A stretch of DNA of 64,000 bases from a virus. Location: positions 15,740 through 79,739 of IMG/VR virus record IMGVR_UViG_3300013101_000007; one strand, given 5' to 3'. Below the pieces are notes generated by a model that searched no databases, was not told the DNA's origin, and saw only the letters and a program-made list of their open reading frames with translations. The position numbers and the translations under genes were made by a program. How positions within the stretch are numbered: position 1 is the stretch's first letter; every line of letters starts with the position of its first letter. Below, piece after piece: positions 1-9,609 of the stretch.

Positions 1-938
1 GGGAAATTGAAACTGAGTTAGCTACAACCGGTGTTGACGTTTCTTTAGTTCCAGTAGAGGACAAATTTAATGCAGTCAAGGCGCGTATTTTAGCCGAGGC
101 ACTGATTAAAGATGTTCAATTTAATGTAGATGATGCTGAAGTATTATCCATTATAGAACGCCTGTCTCAGCCCTCAACATCTACGCACCAATTTATTGTT
201 GATAATTTAAGTTTAAAAGATTCGATTGAGGATATAAAACGGGATACTGATTCAAAACATACCATTGTTGCGAATATAGAGGCGGCTCTTGCCAGTATTA
301 ATTCTGTCACACAAGATACCACAGCGGTACTTACTGTGACCGCGAATACAACTCAAGCGGTTAGTGCAATTGCAATACTGCAACAGCCTACTAATTCGCC
401 TCACAATGTTAATGCGAATACCAGTCAAGCACAATCTGCTATTAATGCCCTACAACGGACTACATTTTCTACTCATGTTGTTAAAGTGGTTGAGCAACGG
501 GCGGTAGGTGGACTAATTGGAGCGGTAAGAGGTGCTAGAGCCGCAATACCTCATTTTGCTGAAGGTACGGCAAGGGCAATACAAGGAACGGTAAGAGGGG
601 CTGGTTCTGGGACTTCTGATAGCATCTTTGCTAAGTTATCGCGGGGGGAGTTTGTTATTAAAGCTGCGGCTGTAAAACGGTATGGGCAATCTTTGTTTCA
701 AGGATTAAACTCTATGCGGTTTGGTAAAGAAAGATTACCGGCTTTTGCAAGTGGTGGGGGTGTTGGTTTTTCTGACATACCTGCGGCTACCCCAGCAAAC
801 AATCAGAATGGGGCAACCACAACTTTAAACCTTTCTTTTAATGGTGGGCAAACTTCTACCTTAACTGGAAGTAGGGATTCAGTTAATTTATTGGTTACTT
901 CTTTGCAGGAATTACAACGTGGCGTGGTGGGTGGTTAA
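1..938 (+). CDS. Tail tape measure protein, C-terminal part (5' truncated)
   Basis: Frame is open from position 3; GAGSGTSDSIFAKLSRGEFVIKAAAV..YG and FASGG motifs are typical of tape-measure C-termini; followed by tail tip genes. Confidence 0.85.
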   Translation, partial: EIETELATTGVDVSLVPVEDKFNAVKARILAEALIKDVQFNVDDAEVLSIIERLSQPSTSTHQFIVDNLSLKDSIEDIKRDTDSKHTIVANIEAALASINSVTQDTTAVLTVTANTTQAVSAIAILQQPTNSPHNVNANTSQAQSAINALQRTTFSTHVVKVVEQRAVGGLIGAVRGARAAIPHFAEGTARAIQGTVRGAGSGTSDSIFAKLSRGEFVIKAAAVKRYGQSLFQGLNSMRFGKERLPAFASGGGVGFSDIPAATPANNQNGATTTLNLSFNGGQTSTLTGSRDSVNLLVTSLQELQRGVVGG

Positions 939-1331
939 ATGGCAGCAATAGTTTTTTCTTTAGGTGGTATCGACCTTAACCCAAACATGATTTGGAGAGA
1001 TAGATTTACCTCACAACAAGTGGCTCAAACCACCTTGCGTACTTTAGCAGGTAGTTTTATTATATATCCACAGAGTTTATCTTTAGGTGAGTCTATTATT
1101 CTGGAATCAACCGAAGAACAAGGATGGCTTACAAAAACTCAAGTGGATGCGGTGTTGGGGCTTGCTATTAATGCAGGGGCGATTTATCAGCTAAACGTGG
1201 GTGGTGACATTAAAGATGTTGTTTTCAGGCATGAGGAACCACCAGCGGCAGTATTTACACCATTAGTACCCAGATTAAATGTTGAGGCTAATGATTATTT
1301 TACAGGTGTTATTAAACTTACTACGGTTTAA
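939..1331 (+). CDS. Putative distal tail / minor tail protein
   Basis: 130 aa directly after tape measure; synteny only. Confidence 0.55.
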   Translation: MAAIVFSLGGIDLNPNMIWRDRFTSQQVAQTTLRTLAGSFIIYPQSLSLGESIILESTEEQGWLTKTQVDAVLGLAINAGAIYQLNVGGDIKDVVFRHEEPPAAVFTPLVPRLNVEANDYFTGVIKLTTV

Positions 1332-1345
1332 TGCAATCAATTGCA
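1332..1345. repeat. Dispersed 14-bp palindrome, locus 1
   Basis: TGCAATCAATTGCA, intergenic. Confidence 0.9.
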
Positions 1346-1362
1346 ATTAGGAGATTTACAAA

Positions 1363-2361
1363 ATGAGTATTATTCAAAGTGAGTTGCTGTGGTACAAGGC
1401 CGTAGTTAATGACGACACTACCTCAAATGGTGGGCGCATGACCTCTGCTATTTCAATATCAGGGGTTAAAAATAATATATGGCCTGATGTTTCACAAGCA
1501 GAGAGAGTATCTGGTTCTACAAAGTATCGTAAAACTTTTATTAAGGTGGCTAACGATGATGATTTAATACTATTTGATTCTCGTATTTATGTAGAAACAT
1601 TTACTCCGGGTGATGATTCTATAGCTTTATTTTTAGGAACTCAGAGAGATACTCAGAATGATATAACTGGTAGTGAGCGATTGTATGGTTCTGGGCAATT
1701 AAGCGCAAGCCGTTTAATTGGTGATTCATTTATGGAAGTAGTAACTGAGGGTGCTTCTTTTGATATGTTTAAGCAGGGTGATTTAGTTAGGATTTCAGAT
1801 AAAGTTAATGTTGATGATTTAGTGGGTAATGAGGAATTTGTAACCATAGCCAATACACCTAGCTACACAGGTGATATTGTTGATTTCACTTTTTCACCTT
1901 CACTGGCTAATGCTTACACTAATACCTTAACAAGAGTAGCTTCAGTTATTGAGCATGGAGATATAGAAGGTTCAGTGGATGGCTATATTAAATCCTCAGT
2001 AAGTGGTACTTATGATGAAGTAGGTAATCCAGTTGAGGTAGATAGTATTGGTACAGTAGAAGAAACCATAACTATTACTTTTACTTCACCTACTGCTTAT
2101 GATGTTGTTGGGGATACTTTAGGCGCGTTAGGTTCTGGTAATATTAGTTCTGATTTTGCACCAAACAACCCAGACTTTAGTAAGCCTTATTTTATTTTAC
2201 GATTTGCTGGTTTTGCAGGTACGTGGGCAATCTCAGACAGTATTACTTTTGACACTCATCCTGCGGCTGTCCCAGTTTGGTACAAGCGTATTGTTCCAGC
2301 CGGTGCTAACTCTTTTGCGGGTAATAAAGTAATAGCGGCTATTGATGGCGAGAGTGCATAA
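1363..2361 (+). CDS. Virion structural (tail) protein
   Basis: AGGAG RBS; beta-rich S/T/G/D composition; tail module context. Confidence 0.6.
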   Translation: MSIIQSELLWYKAVVNDDTTSNGGRMTSAISISGVKNNIWPDVSQAERVSGSTKYRKTFIKVANDDDLILFDSRIYVETFTPGDDSIALFLGTQRDTQNDITGSERLYGSGQLSASRLIGDSFMEVVTEGASFDMFKQGDLVRISDKVNVDDLVGNEEFVTIANTPSYTGDIVDFTFSPSLANAYTNTLTRVASVIEHGDIEGSVDGYIKSSVSGTYDEVGNPVEVDSIGTVEETITITFTSPTAYDVVGDTLGALGSGNISSDFAPNNPDFSKPYFILRFAGFAGTWAISDSITFDTHPAAVPVWYKRIVPAGANSFAGNKVIAAIDGESA

Positions 2362-3266
2362 TGGCATTATCCCAAGCCGTACAGGTTAGATTTACTGACC
2401 CTGATAGTGGTTTAGAGGCCAATACTTTATTTATTGAAGAAAGGGCAACCGACAATAAAACCCCTTCTCAGTTATATAGAGAGGCTCAGACTTCTAGCGC
2501 GGCTCAAAGTGCATCTTGCTTGACTAAGACAGCCCAAGAAGAAAGTAATGTTTTGACGGCACAGCTTTGTCAGCAAGATATTGCGGCTTGGGGCGTAAGG
2601 AAACTACGGGTTTACCCTGCTGATATTATTCCAGAACTTCGTACAACGGTTGGGAGCATTAGAAGGTTAGGTGTTGGGGCTGATAATGTTTCTGAAGTAT
2701 TACAATTCTCAAATAGTAATGAAGCTAGTTTAAGATTTCCTGCTTCAGATATGAGTTTTGGTGATTCGACTTTTTATAATAAGGATGGTGACTTAATCAA
2801 TGTGAATTTTACCTTTGATGGCAACCGTAAAATTAAAGCTTCTGAATCTGGTTTTGGTTTGGTGTTTGTGAGCTACAATTCATCTTATAATATTGTTGAG
2901 TTATCAGTAAGTGCAACCGGTGGGGATATAGAAGCCTTTGTAATGGCAATATACAAGCCGTGGGGGGCTGCGGCTTCAACAACGGTACGTTATACACCGG
3001 TTGTGTGTGATACAGGCGTAGTGGCTGGCTGTGAAGCCATAGAGGAACTACCTGAAGAAGAACAAACACAAGTAGCATTTGATTCACATGTTTCTAACAA
3101 AAGCCCTACTGATGGCATTATTATACCTGAAAATATTATTTGGACAGAAAAATCAAGGCTAGAAGATACTGTAAATGTTAGTGGTGTAGATGTAGAAAGA
3201 TTTGTTAATGTTACTTTTAACGTTCCTAATGGTAACACGGTTACACTTAAATTTAATAGTCAGTAG
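2361..3266 (+). CDS. Putative tail protein
   Basis: Coupled (TAATG); segment EVLQFSNSNEASLRFPA resembles EFVEFSNESEGTLRFPP in 11535..12035. Confidence 0.5.
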   Translation: MALSQAVQVRFTDPDSGLEANTLFIEERATDNKTPSQLYREAQTSSAAQSASCLTKTAQEESNVLTAQLCQQDIAAWGVRKLRVYPADIIPELRTTVGSIRRLGVGADNVSEVLQFSNSNEASLRFPASDMSFGDSTFYNKDGDLINVNFTFDGNRKIKASESGFGLVFVSYNSSYNIVELSVSATGGDIEAFVMAIYKPWGAAASTTVRYTPVVCDTGVVAGCEAIEELPEEEQTQVAFDSHVSNKSPTDGIIIPENIIWTEKSRLEDTVNVSGVDVERFVNVTFNVPNGNTVTLKFNSQ

Positions 3267-3271
3267 ATACT

Positions 3272-4621
3272 ATGATACATGAAGGGCCTTTTCAAAGAAT
3301 AGTATCAATCCCTAATGGTGGTTTAGGTGATATTACTATTCAGGGTGTGGGAAAAGAACAGCTGGGGGGTCGGGTTGTTATTACGGTTACTCAGGTACGT
3401 CCTCAAGCTGGTATAGATACTATAGCGTGGTTTAACCCAAGCACTATAAAAAGGGCTCTTTGGAACTCTTTACCTTTACAAGCACAAACATTTGTACCTT
3501 TTAACAGTAATGTAATCCTTGCTGAAATAATTATTGAAGATGAGATTCTTGGCGTACCTAACTTTCCAGATACTCATGTTGTTCCAGCTCTACCAAGTTG
3601 GGTAGTTCTTGATTATAGAGGGGATCATATTTGGGTTGATATTAATGACTTTACTGTTAGTTTTAATGGGTTACTGCTAGAAATAATACAAGTTAATTTT
3701 AGGAGTATAACCGTAGTTATGCCTAGTAATTATCTGGATGATGATATTGGCATTACTGAAACTTTTGTAGTAACAAAGAATGGGTGGGTAATAGATTTAT
3801 CCACCTCTGTAGTACCTTCTATTTTAGGGGCAAGTAGGTTTAGGGAAATAACTACTTTTATGGATAATACCCCTTTGTCCTCTAACTTTCCTACAAGAGC
3901 AGCAAGCTACTCTTCTGTTGGTTCTGGCATTTTTTTTAGCGGACAATATTTAAATACTTATAAATTAGAACTCCCTTATCAACCTGAAAATAATCTACCT
4001 TCTACTAACTCTTTAGGTATTAATTTTGGTTTTGGTATATCGGTATTTAATGGATTATATAGAATAAGGATACCACGGGATTCTTTTTATTTTGGTGAGG
4101 GTTGGGATGAATGGAATTTGTATATTGACAATCAAAATAGGGGGGGTTTACAAAAAACTAGCCATCCTGATGTTAATTCCTTTGGTGCTTGGATAATTGC
4201 TGGTTCTTCTGGTGAAGGTGCTGTTAGTAGATTCAGGCATTTTAATACTTACACTCATTTACCTGCTAATCTTGGTTTTATACCTCATGCGGCTTTAGAT
4301 GATGGTTTTAATTCAGATGACACTCAAGTATTCTTTTTAGTAAACCAAGGGCATACTGTGAGAAATTGGGAAGCAGGGGTGGCTAATAATAGTTATCAAA
4401 TACATGTTGAGATTAATTCTATAAGAACAAAAATATATGATTATCCTATTTCTAATCTTATATCAAGATGGGCTTTAATTAGACAAGCTGGATTAATAAC
4501 AACCGTAGGTAACCCGGGAGGCCCTGTACAATTATTGAAGTTTGGGAACAATCCAGAAAAAAAAACTACCTTGTTTAATGATGATGGTGGATTGTTTATT
4601 GATACAGAATTATCAATTTAG
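3272..4621 (+). CDS. Hypothetical tail-associated protein (possible receptor-binding)
   Basis: 449 aa ORF in tail module, aromatic/Asn-rich C-terminal half. Confidence 0.45.
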   Translation: MIHEGPFQRIVSIPNGGLGDITIQGVGKEQLGGRVVITVTQVRPQAGIDTIAWFNPSTIKRALWNSLPLQAQTFVPFNSNVILAEIIIEDEILGVPNFPDTHVVPALPSWVVLDYRGDHIWVDINDFTVSFNGLLLEIIQVNFRSITVVMPSNYLDDDIGITETFVVTKNGWVIDLSTSVVPSILGASRFREITTFMDNTPLSSNFPTRAASYSSVGSGIFFSGQYLNTYKLELPYQPENNLPSTNSLGINFGFGISVFNGLYRIRIPRDSFYFGEGWDEWNLYIDNQNRGGLQKTSHPDVNSFGAWIIAGSSGEGAVSRFRHFNTYTHLPANLGFIPHAALDDGFNSDDTQVFFLVNQGHTVRNWEAGVANNSYQIHVEINSIRTKIYDYPISNLISRWALIRQAGLITTVGNPGGPVQLLKFGNNPEKKTTLFNDDGGLFIDTELSI

Positions 4622-4686
4622 TAAGGGTAATAGACAATACTGAGTAAGTAGTTGTATAGTATTTAACAAATTTAGGAGTAATAAAC

Positions 4687-7600
4687 ATGGCACTAACAAA
4701 GAACAATATAGTAAGAGATATATTCACTCAAGGCTTCAGCACACACATATCCAGTGCTATTAGAGGATTCTTTGATTTCAGTGAATCTTCTGGTGATTTT
4801 TTAATGACCACGCCTATTCCTGAGTTTGATGGAAATGCCTTAATATCTTTAACTCCTGTAGGTGGTGTTTCAAGGCAAGCGGCTGACCCTTTATTGCCTG
4901 TTGCTTTTTTAGGTAACGAGGTTCAATTAGATGGCGTTTCCGGCAGTCGATTAGATGTTACTTTTACTGAAACGTCTAATGTAAACAATGATAAACTTTT
5001 CAGTGTTATTGTAAAACTTGATGACCTTCTTACAGTGCAACCGATTTTTAGTTTCACGGGTGCTTCAAGTGCTACTTTAGGCGTGTACATTGATACTGAT
5101 GGAGTATTAAAACACGTATACTTTGATGGCGTGTCTACTTATACACCACTATCAGTACCAGCTAATGTGGCTGTACCTATTGTAGCCGGTGCTTATTTCT
5201 ACATTTCTGCTACCATTACTGATGATACTAACCAAGTAAGATTTTCTGTTATTTCTCTGGAATCAAGTAAGTCTTCTAGATTTACGGATAACTGGGGTAT
5301 GTCGGCAGGTGGTATCTTAGGAACTGATTGGGGTTCAGATGTGACCCTAGCGGCTATAGGAGAGCATACCGCTGATTATGGTACAGGTGTTGCCACGGAA
5401 TCATTTAAAGGCCGTATAAGTGCTTTCATGGTCTCAGAATTAGCTGATAATGGTTCTACGTTCAATGATGCTACCGATAATAGAACGCTCAAGGCATTAA
5501 TGGGCGCGGTTAGTATTTCTGATTTTGATTATGAAGAGCAGTTAGGACAAGAGTTAGGCGGTTCATTGGTTTATGATTATAACCTTGAGCCTTACATACC
5601 TCACACGGGTTCTAATCCTACTAATGCCCATGCACTTGAAAAAATCTCAGGTGATTCATGGTTGTTTACTGCTATACCAGTTTCATATAATTATGCTAAT
5701 AACAGTCAATTATTAGCACCAAAAAGACAAGCCTATATTGCATCCAATACCACGGCTGTTATTAATAATGTAACAAAGACTAATTTAGCAACATTAACTA
5801 CTAACTGGATAGCTCAAGTAGGTTTAGACTCTCAAACACCTCATAATGATTCTGCTTTAGAAGATTTTGGTATTCTTAGATTTGAAGATGACACCGGCCT
5901 GAAATATATTATTTTAGAAGTCAGAGGTGGTAGTTTATACCTTCGTGTTAAAGATGCCGGTGCTGAAGAAAGCTTTGGTGGTTTTAGTTTAGGTACTGTT
6001 AAGGGTATCAATCAATTTGTTGCCAGTATTTATGTTCGTGATGGAACAAACATAAGAGTACTTATATCAACTCCGGGCAGATCATCAACTTGGGTTAGCC
6101 GATATATTTTATTGAATGGTGCTTTAACAGCTGACTATAAATTGGTATCTATTGGTACAACTGGGGTTATTGATTCTGGTATTTTAAACACTCCTGCAAC
6201 TCAAGAATTAGCTATAGTTTCGCCTAGAGTATGGGATTTAACTACACCTCTTACTCTTAAACAGCAATATGATTTAGCCATGGCTTATAGTGGCGGCAAG
6301 CCCGATGCTGGAAGATATATTTATAAGAATAATTACACTATCCCTAATCCAATTATTTCGGATACAGAGAGGTATCCATTTATTCCTTTAAGTGGATTGC
6401 AATTGATTGCACTACCGAACTTAGGTAAGTTTGATTCATTACGATTTACTAAGGATGATGGCACTAATGTAGAAGTGTTTGAGGTTCTTAGAATAGAATC
6501 AAATGGAATTTATTTAAGACGCGGATTAGAAGGTACTACACCGGTAGCGTGGGTGGCTGGTGATTTAGAAAATCGCTTAACTGATGAAGCTTTAAATAAA
6601 CTTATTCGTTCCCACGTTAGGACTGAGGCTGCGGCTAGGGACAGTTCCCTTGTTATGCACATAAATCAGAAAATCGGTACTCCTCTTGATGAAGCCAGTG
6701 AGAGTTTTCCTTCAGTAAATTATTCTAAGACAGGGGCAACACTTAACGCTAGTTCCGGTACAGATAATGTGGGTAGGAATAATGTATCTTTAGGTAGAAA
6801 TTTATCTGTAATGGGTGATGACTCCGTAGTAATAGGTGGTAATAATATTTCTTATGGTGGGTACAATGTTTGTATCGGACTTAACAATTCTACTTTTGGT
6901 GGAGTAAGTGGTTACGGTGTTGCTATAGGCCATAACAATGAAAATAAAGCCGGTTACTCTACTTCACTAGGTTACGGCAACAATTGTACTGCTTCGGATA
7001 CTGCTAATAAGTCAGGTGGTGTTGCTATTGGGTATAACAACACGGCTAACGGTACTAATGGTTCTGATTATGGTGTTGCCATTGGGTACAGCAACTACGC
7101 TTCCGGTCAATCTTCAGTTTCTATAGGTGATGATACTGGTTCTTATGCTTATGCAACTGTAGCAATCGGAACTAATACTTATGTCCATGATAAGGGTGGT
7201 ATTGGTATTGGATATGATAACTACTGTAAAGGTATCTACTCTATAACAATTGGGTACGATAATTACAGTAATGGGAAGTCCAATATTCTTATAGGCTACG
7301 ACAATTACATATCTTCTGGTTATACTTATAGTGTTGTAATAGGACACGATAATTATTGTTATGGAAGTAGAAGCGTATTAATAGGGAAAGAAAACTACGC
7401 TGGTGAAGAAGGGGATTATAATGTACTTATTGGACACCAAAACTACGTTGGTGGTGGTGAGTACAATATATCTATTGGGTATGGTAATAGTACTTCATCT
7501 AGTTATTACTTTGTAGCTATTGGGTACAACATAGACAATACGGGTGATGAAGCCGTAGCTATTGGTTTTCAATGTACTGCTTCTGGGACTCGCGGCATTA

Positions 7601-8448
7601 GTATAGGTAATGCTTCAACTGCCAACCCTGCTAATGCAATTGCTTTAGGTGAGCTTGCTGGTGGCAATGGTATAAGAGGAATAAGCATAGGTAGAGATTC
7701 TGGTTCTATTGGGCAGGACTCAATATCTATTGGTTCTACTTCAGTGACAAACGCTACTAACGCTATTGGTGTTGGTACTAACTCCAATGCTGCGGGTTCT
7801 CATTCTGTTGCTATTGGTGCGGAATCTTATGGCGGTAGTTACGGGGCTGTTAGTATAGGTTACTCATCTTATGCAGCTGGCAATAATAACGTAGCTATAG
7901 GGTACGGTGCTTATACATTAAATGCAGATGCAACGGCTATAGGTAGTAATGCTAATGCAGTACCAGCGCGGTCTATTGCACTAGGTAAAGATGCCAAAGC
8001 TGAAGGTATTGGAATAATAAATATAGCAGCAGCACCGGCAATAAGATTAGCCGCTATAAATGAATTTACCGGTAGCGAATTAGAAAAATTATCCGGTGCT
8101 GAAGCGGTTATCACTCAGGAAGTTCTGGATGCAAAAACAGTAGCTACTTATTCCCTTGTGTTACCTACCGGTTATGTATTTATACCAACTAAACTAATAT
8201 TGCTTGCAACTAACATTGTCGGCTTAACTGTACAGCCTACCGTTTCTTTTGGTGCGGCTGGGGCATTGGTGGCGGCTGCAATAACAACCGCTTTAACTGC
8301 TAATAATAAGTACCAAGCATTTGAAGCTCCATTTGCAGATGATGTGACTGCTCAATCAACATTGACTTTTGATATAACTATTGTAGCAACTGGTACAACC
8401 GTAGAAGTAAAACCTGTATGGGTTGGAACTTTAATTAAAACCTCTTAA
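4687..8448 (+). CDS. Tail fibre/adhesin: N-terminal LamG-like region plus long YadA-head (Hep/Hag-type) repeat array
   Basis: Dozens of ~14-aa xAIG/xSIG repeats; central RRGLEGT..WVAG..ENRLT phage fibre motif; AGGAG RBS. Confidence 0.8.
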   Translation: MALTKNNIVRDIFTQGFSTHISSAIRGFFDFSESSGDFLMTTPIPEFDGNALISLTPVGGVSRQAADPLLPVAFLGNEVQLDGVSGSRLDVTFTETSNVNNDKLFSVIVKLDDLLTVQPIFSFTGASSATLGVYIDTDGVLKHVYFDGVSTYTPLSVPANVAVPIVAGAYFYISATITDDTNQVRFSVISLESSKSSRFTDNWGMSAGGILGTDWGSDVTLAAIGEHTADYGTGVATESFKGRISAFMVSELADNGSTFNDATDNRTLKALMGAVSISDFDYEEQLGQELGGSLVYDYNLEPYIPHTGSNPTNAHALEKISGDSWLFTAIPVSYNYANNSQLLAPKRQAYIASNTTAVINNVTKTNLATLTTNWIAQVGLDSQTPHNDSALEDFGILRFEDDTGLKYIILEVRGGSLYLRVKDAGAEESFGGFSLGTVKGINQFVASIYVRDGTNIRVLISTPGRSSTWVSRYILLNGALTADYKLVSIGTTGVIDSGILNTPATQELAIVSPRVWDLTTPLTLKQQYDLAMAYSGGKPDAGRYIYKNNYTIPNPIISDTERYPFIPLSGLQLIALPNLGKFDSLRFTKDDGTNVEVFEVLRIESNGIYLRRGLEGTTPVAWVAGDLENRLTDEALNKLIRSHVRTEAAARDSSLVMHINQKIGTPLDEASESFPSVNYSKTGATLNASSGTDNVGRNNVSLGRNLSVMGDDSVVIGGNNISYGGYNVCIGLNNSTFGGVSGYGVAIGHNNENKAGYSTSLGYGNNCTASDTANKSGGVAIGYNNTANGTNGSDYGVAIGYSNYASGQSSVSIGDDTGSYAYATVAIGTNTYVHDKGGIGIGYDNYCKGIYSITIGYDNYSNGKSNILIGYDNYISSGYTYSVVIGHDNYCYGSRSVLIGKENYAGEEGDYNVLIGHQNYVGGGEYNISIGYGNSTSSSYYFVAIGYNIDNTGDEAVAIGFQCTASGTRGISIGNASTANPANAIALGELAGGNGIRGISIGRDSGSIGQDSISIGSTSVTNATNAIGVGTNSNAAGSHSVAIGAESYGGSYGAVSIGYSSYAAGNNNVAIGYGAYTLNADATAIGSNANAVPARSIALGKDAKAEGIGIINIAAAPAIRLAAINEFTGSELEKLSGAEAVITQEVLDAKTVATYSLVLPTGYVFIPTKLILLATNIVGLTVQPTVSFGAAGALVAAAITTALTANNKYQAFEAPFADDVTAQSTLTFDITIVATGTTVEVKPVWVGTLIKTS
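6398..6411. repeat. Dispersed palindrome, locus 2
   Basis: TGCAATTGATTGCA, inside fibre CDS. Confidence 0.9.
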
Positions 8449-8462
8449 TTAGGAGAACAAAA

Positions 8463-8750
8463 ATGGCTTTACAAATAGATTTCGTAGCACCTCAAACTGG
8501 ACAAACGGTAACTGATGGCTACGTTAAAATTAACCGTATAAATATAAAAAACGGAAGTGGTGGTAATAAAAAAGGTTCTATTAAATTAGAGTTCTTTTTA
8601 ACCCAAGCTGATTCGGTGGCTAATAAAAATCCAGTGCAATACAAAAAATTTGATTTGGATATTGTTACGGCCTTATCAGCTAATCAACTTACTGAAGCTT
8701 ATGTAGCGTTAAAACTACTACCTGAATTTTCAGGCGCGGTTGACGTATAA
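8463..8750 (+). CDS. Small fibre-associated protein (possible chaperone)
   Basis: Immediately after fibre; AYVALKLLPEFSGAVDV C-terminus resembles small proteins found next to fibre genes. Confidence 0.5.
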   Translation: MALQIDFVAPQTGQTVTDGYVKINRINIKNGSGGNKKGSIKLEFFLTQADSVANKNPVQYKKFDLDIVTALSANQLTEAYVALKLLPEFSGAVDV

Positions 8751-8792
8751 TTTTTAATTTTTTTTAGCGTAGTAGAGATAGGAGATAGAGAT

Positions 8793-9608
8793 ATGAGTAA
8801 GGTATTTTTTCTAGGTGGGCTTCCAAGAGCCGGTTCAACTAAAATGAGTAATGTTTTAGACCAGAATCCAGCGTTGTATGTTTCACCTACTTCACCTTTG
8901 GCTGAGTTAATTCATCAAATTGCTGCGGTTTATGCCAAAAGTGGGGATATGAAAGCCGCACTTGATACTGATGAACAACAAGAGCGTATCTATGGGGCTT
9001 GTAGAGGGGCAATAGAGGGATGGTATCGTAACCATGACATTGCAATAGATAAAGGCCGCTATTGGCTTGGTAAGGGTGAATTTATGGACAAGATGTATCC
9101 TGAAGGTTGGAAGGTTATTGCTCCAATTCGTGACCTTCGTGGAATTGCATCTAGCATGGAAAAACTGATACGAAAAAGACCAGTGTATATGATGGCTGGG
9201 GGCACTGAACAGAACAATATGGGGGTGAGATTAACTCAGTGGTTTAATAGTAATCCTTTGGGAACGGCACTGAATAATATTCGTGAATCTGTTAATAGAG
9301 GTTATGCAGATAAAATTCTATTCGTGCGTATGGAGGACTATTGCAAAAACCCAAAACAAGCTACAAAAAAAATGTATAAATTTTTGGACTTACCATTGTA
9401 CGACCACGACTTTATAAATATTGAGCAGACTATACATGAGCATGATGCTATCCATTTACCTTTTGGCGATCATCAATGTGGTTCAGGGGCTATAAGACCA
9501 GCTGTTGAAGATTGGCTTGATATTATAGGGGCTGACATGAGTGCCGATATTGTCCGTACTAATAAATGGTTTTATGAAACTTTTTACCCTGAGAGACTAG
9601 AAGGATAA
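8793..9608 (+). CDS. PAPS-dependent sulfotransferase (Sulfotransfer_3-like)
   Basis: 5'-PSB loop FLGGLPRAGST; IRDLRGIASS 3'-PB motif; VRMEDYCKNP (YEDL-like). Confidence 0.85.
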   Translation: MSKVFFLGGLPRAGSTKMSNVLDQNPALYVSPTSPLAELIHQIAAVYAKSGDMKAALDTDEQQERIYGACRGAIEGWYRNHDIAIDKGRYWLGKGEFMDKMYPEGWKVIAPIRDLRGIASSMEKLIRKRPVYMMAGGTEQNNMGVRLTQWFNSNPLGTALNNIRESVNRGYADKILFVRMEDYCKNPKQATKKMYKFLDLPLYDHDFINIEQTIHEHDAIHLPFGDHQCGSGAIRPAVEDWLDIIGADMSADIVRTNKWFYETFYPERLEG

Positions 9609-9609
9609 A

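Noticed and set aside
365-376. TGCAATTGCAAT and other half-sites as members of the palindrome family
   Set aside because: Lack the 2-bp spacer geometry; half-sites are expected by chance
4687-8448. Bacterial trimeric autotransporter (YadA) or a diversity-generating retroelement target
   Set aside because: No signal peptide or beta-barrel anchor; no reverse transcriptase or TR/VR pair seen
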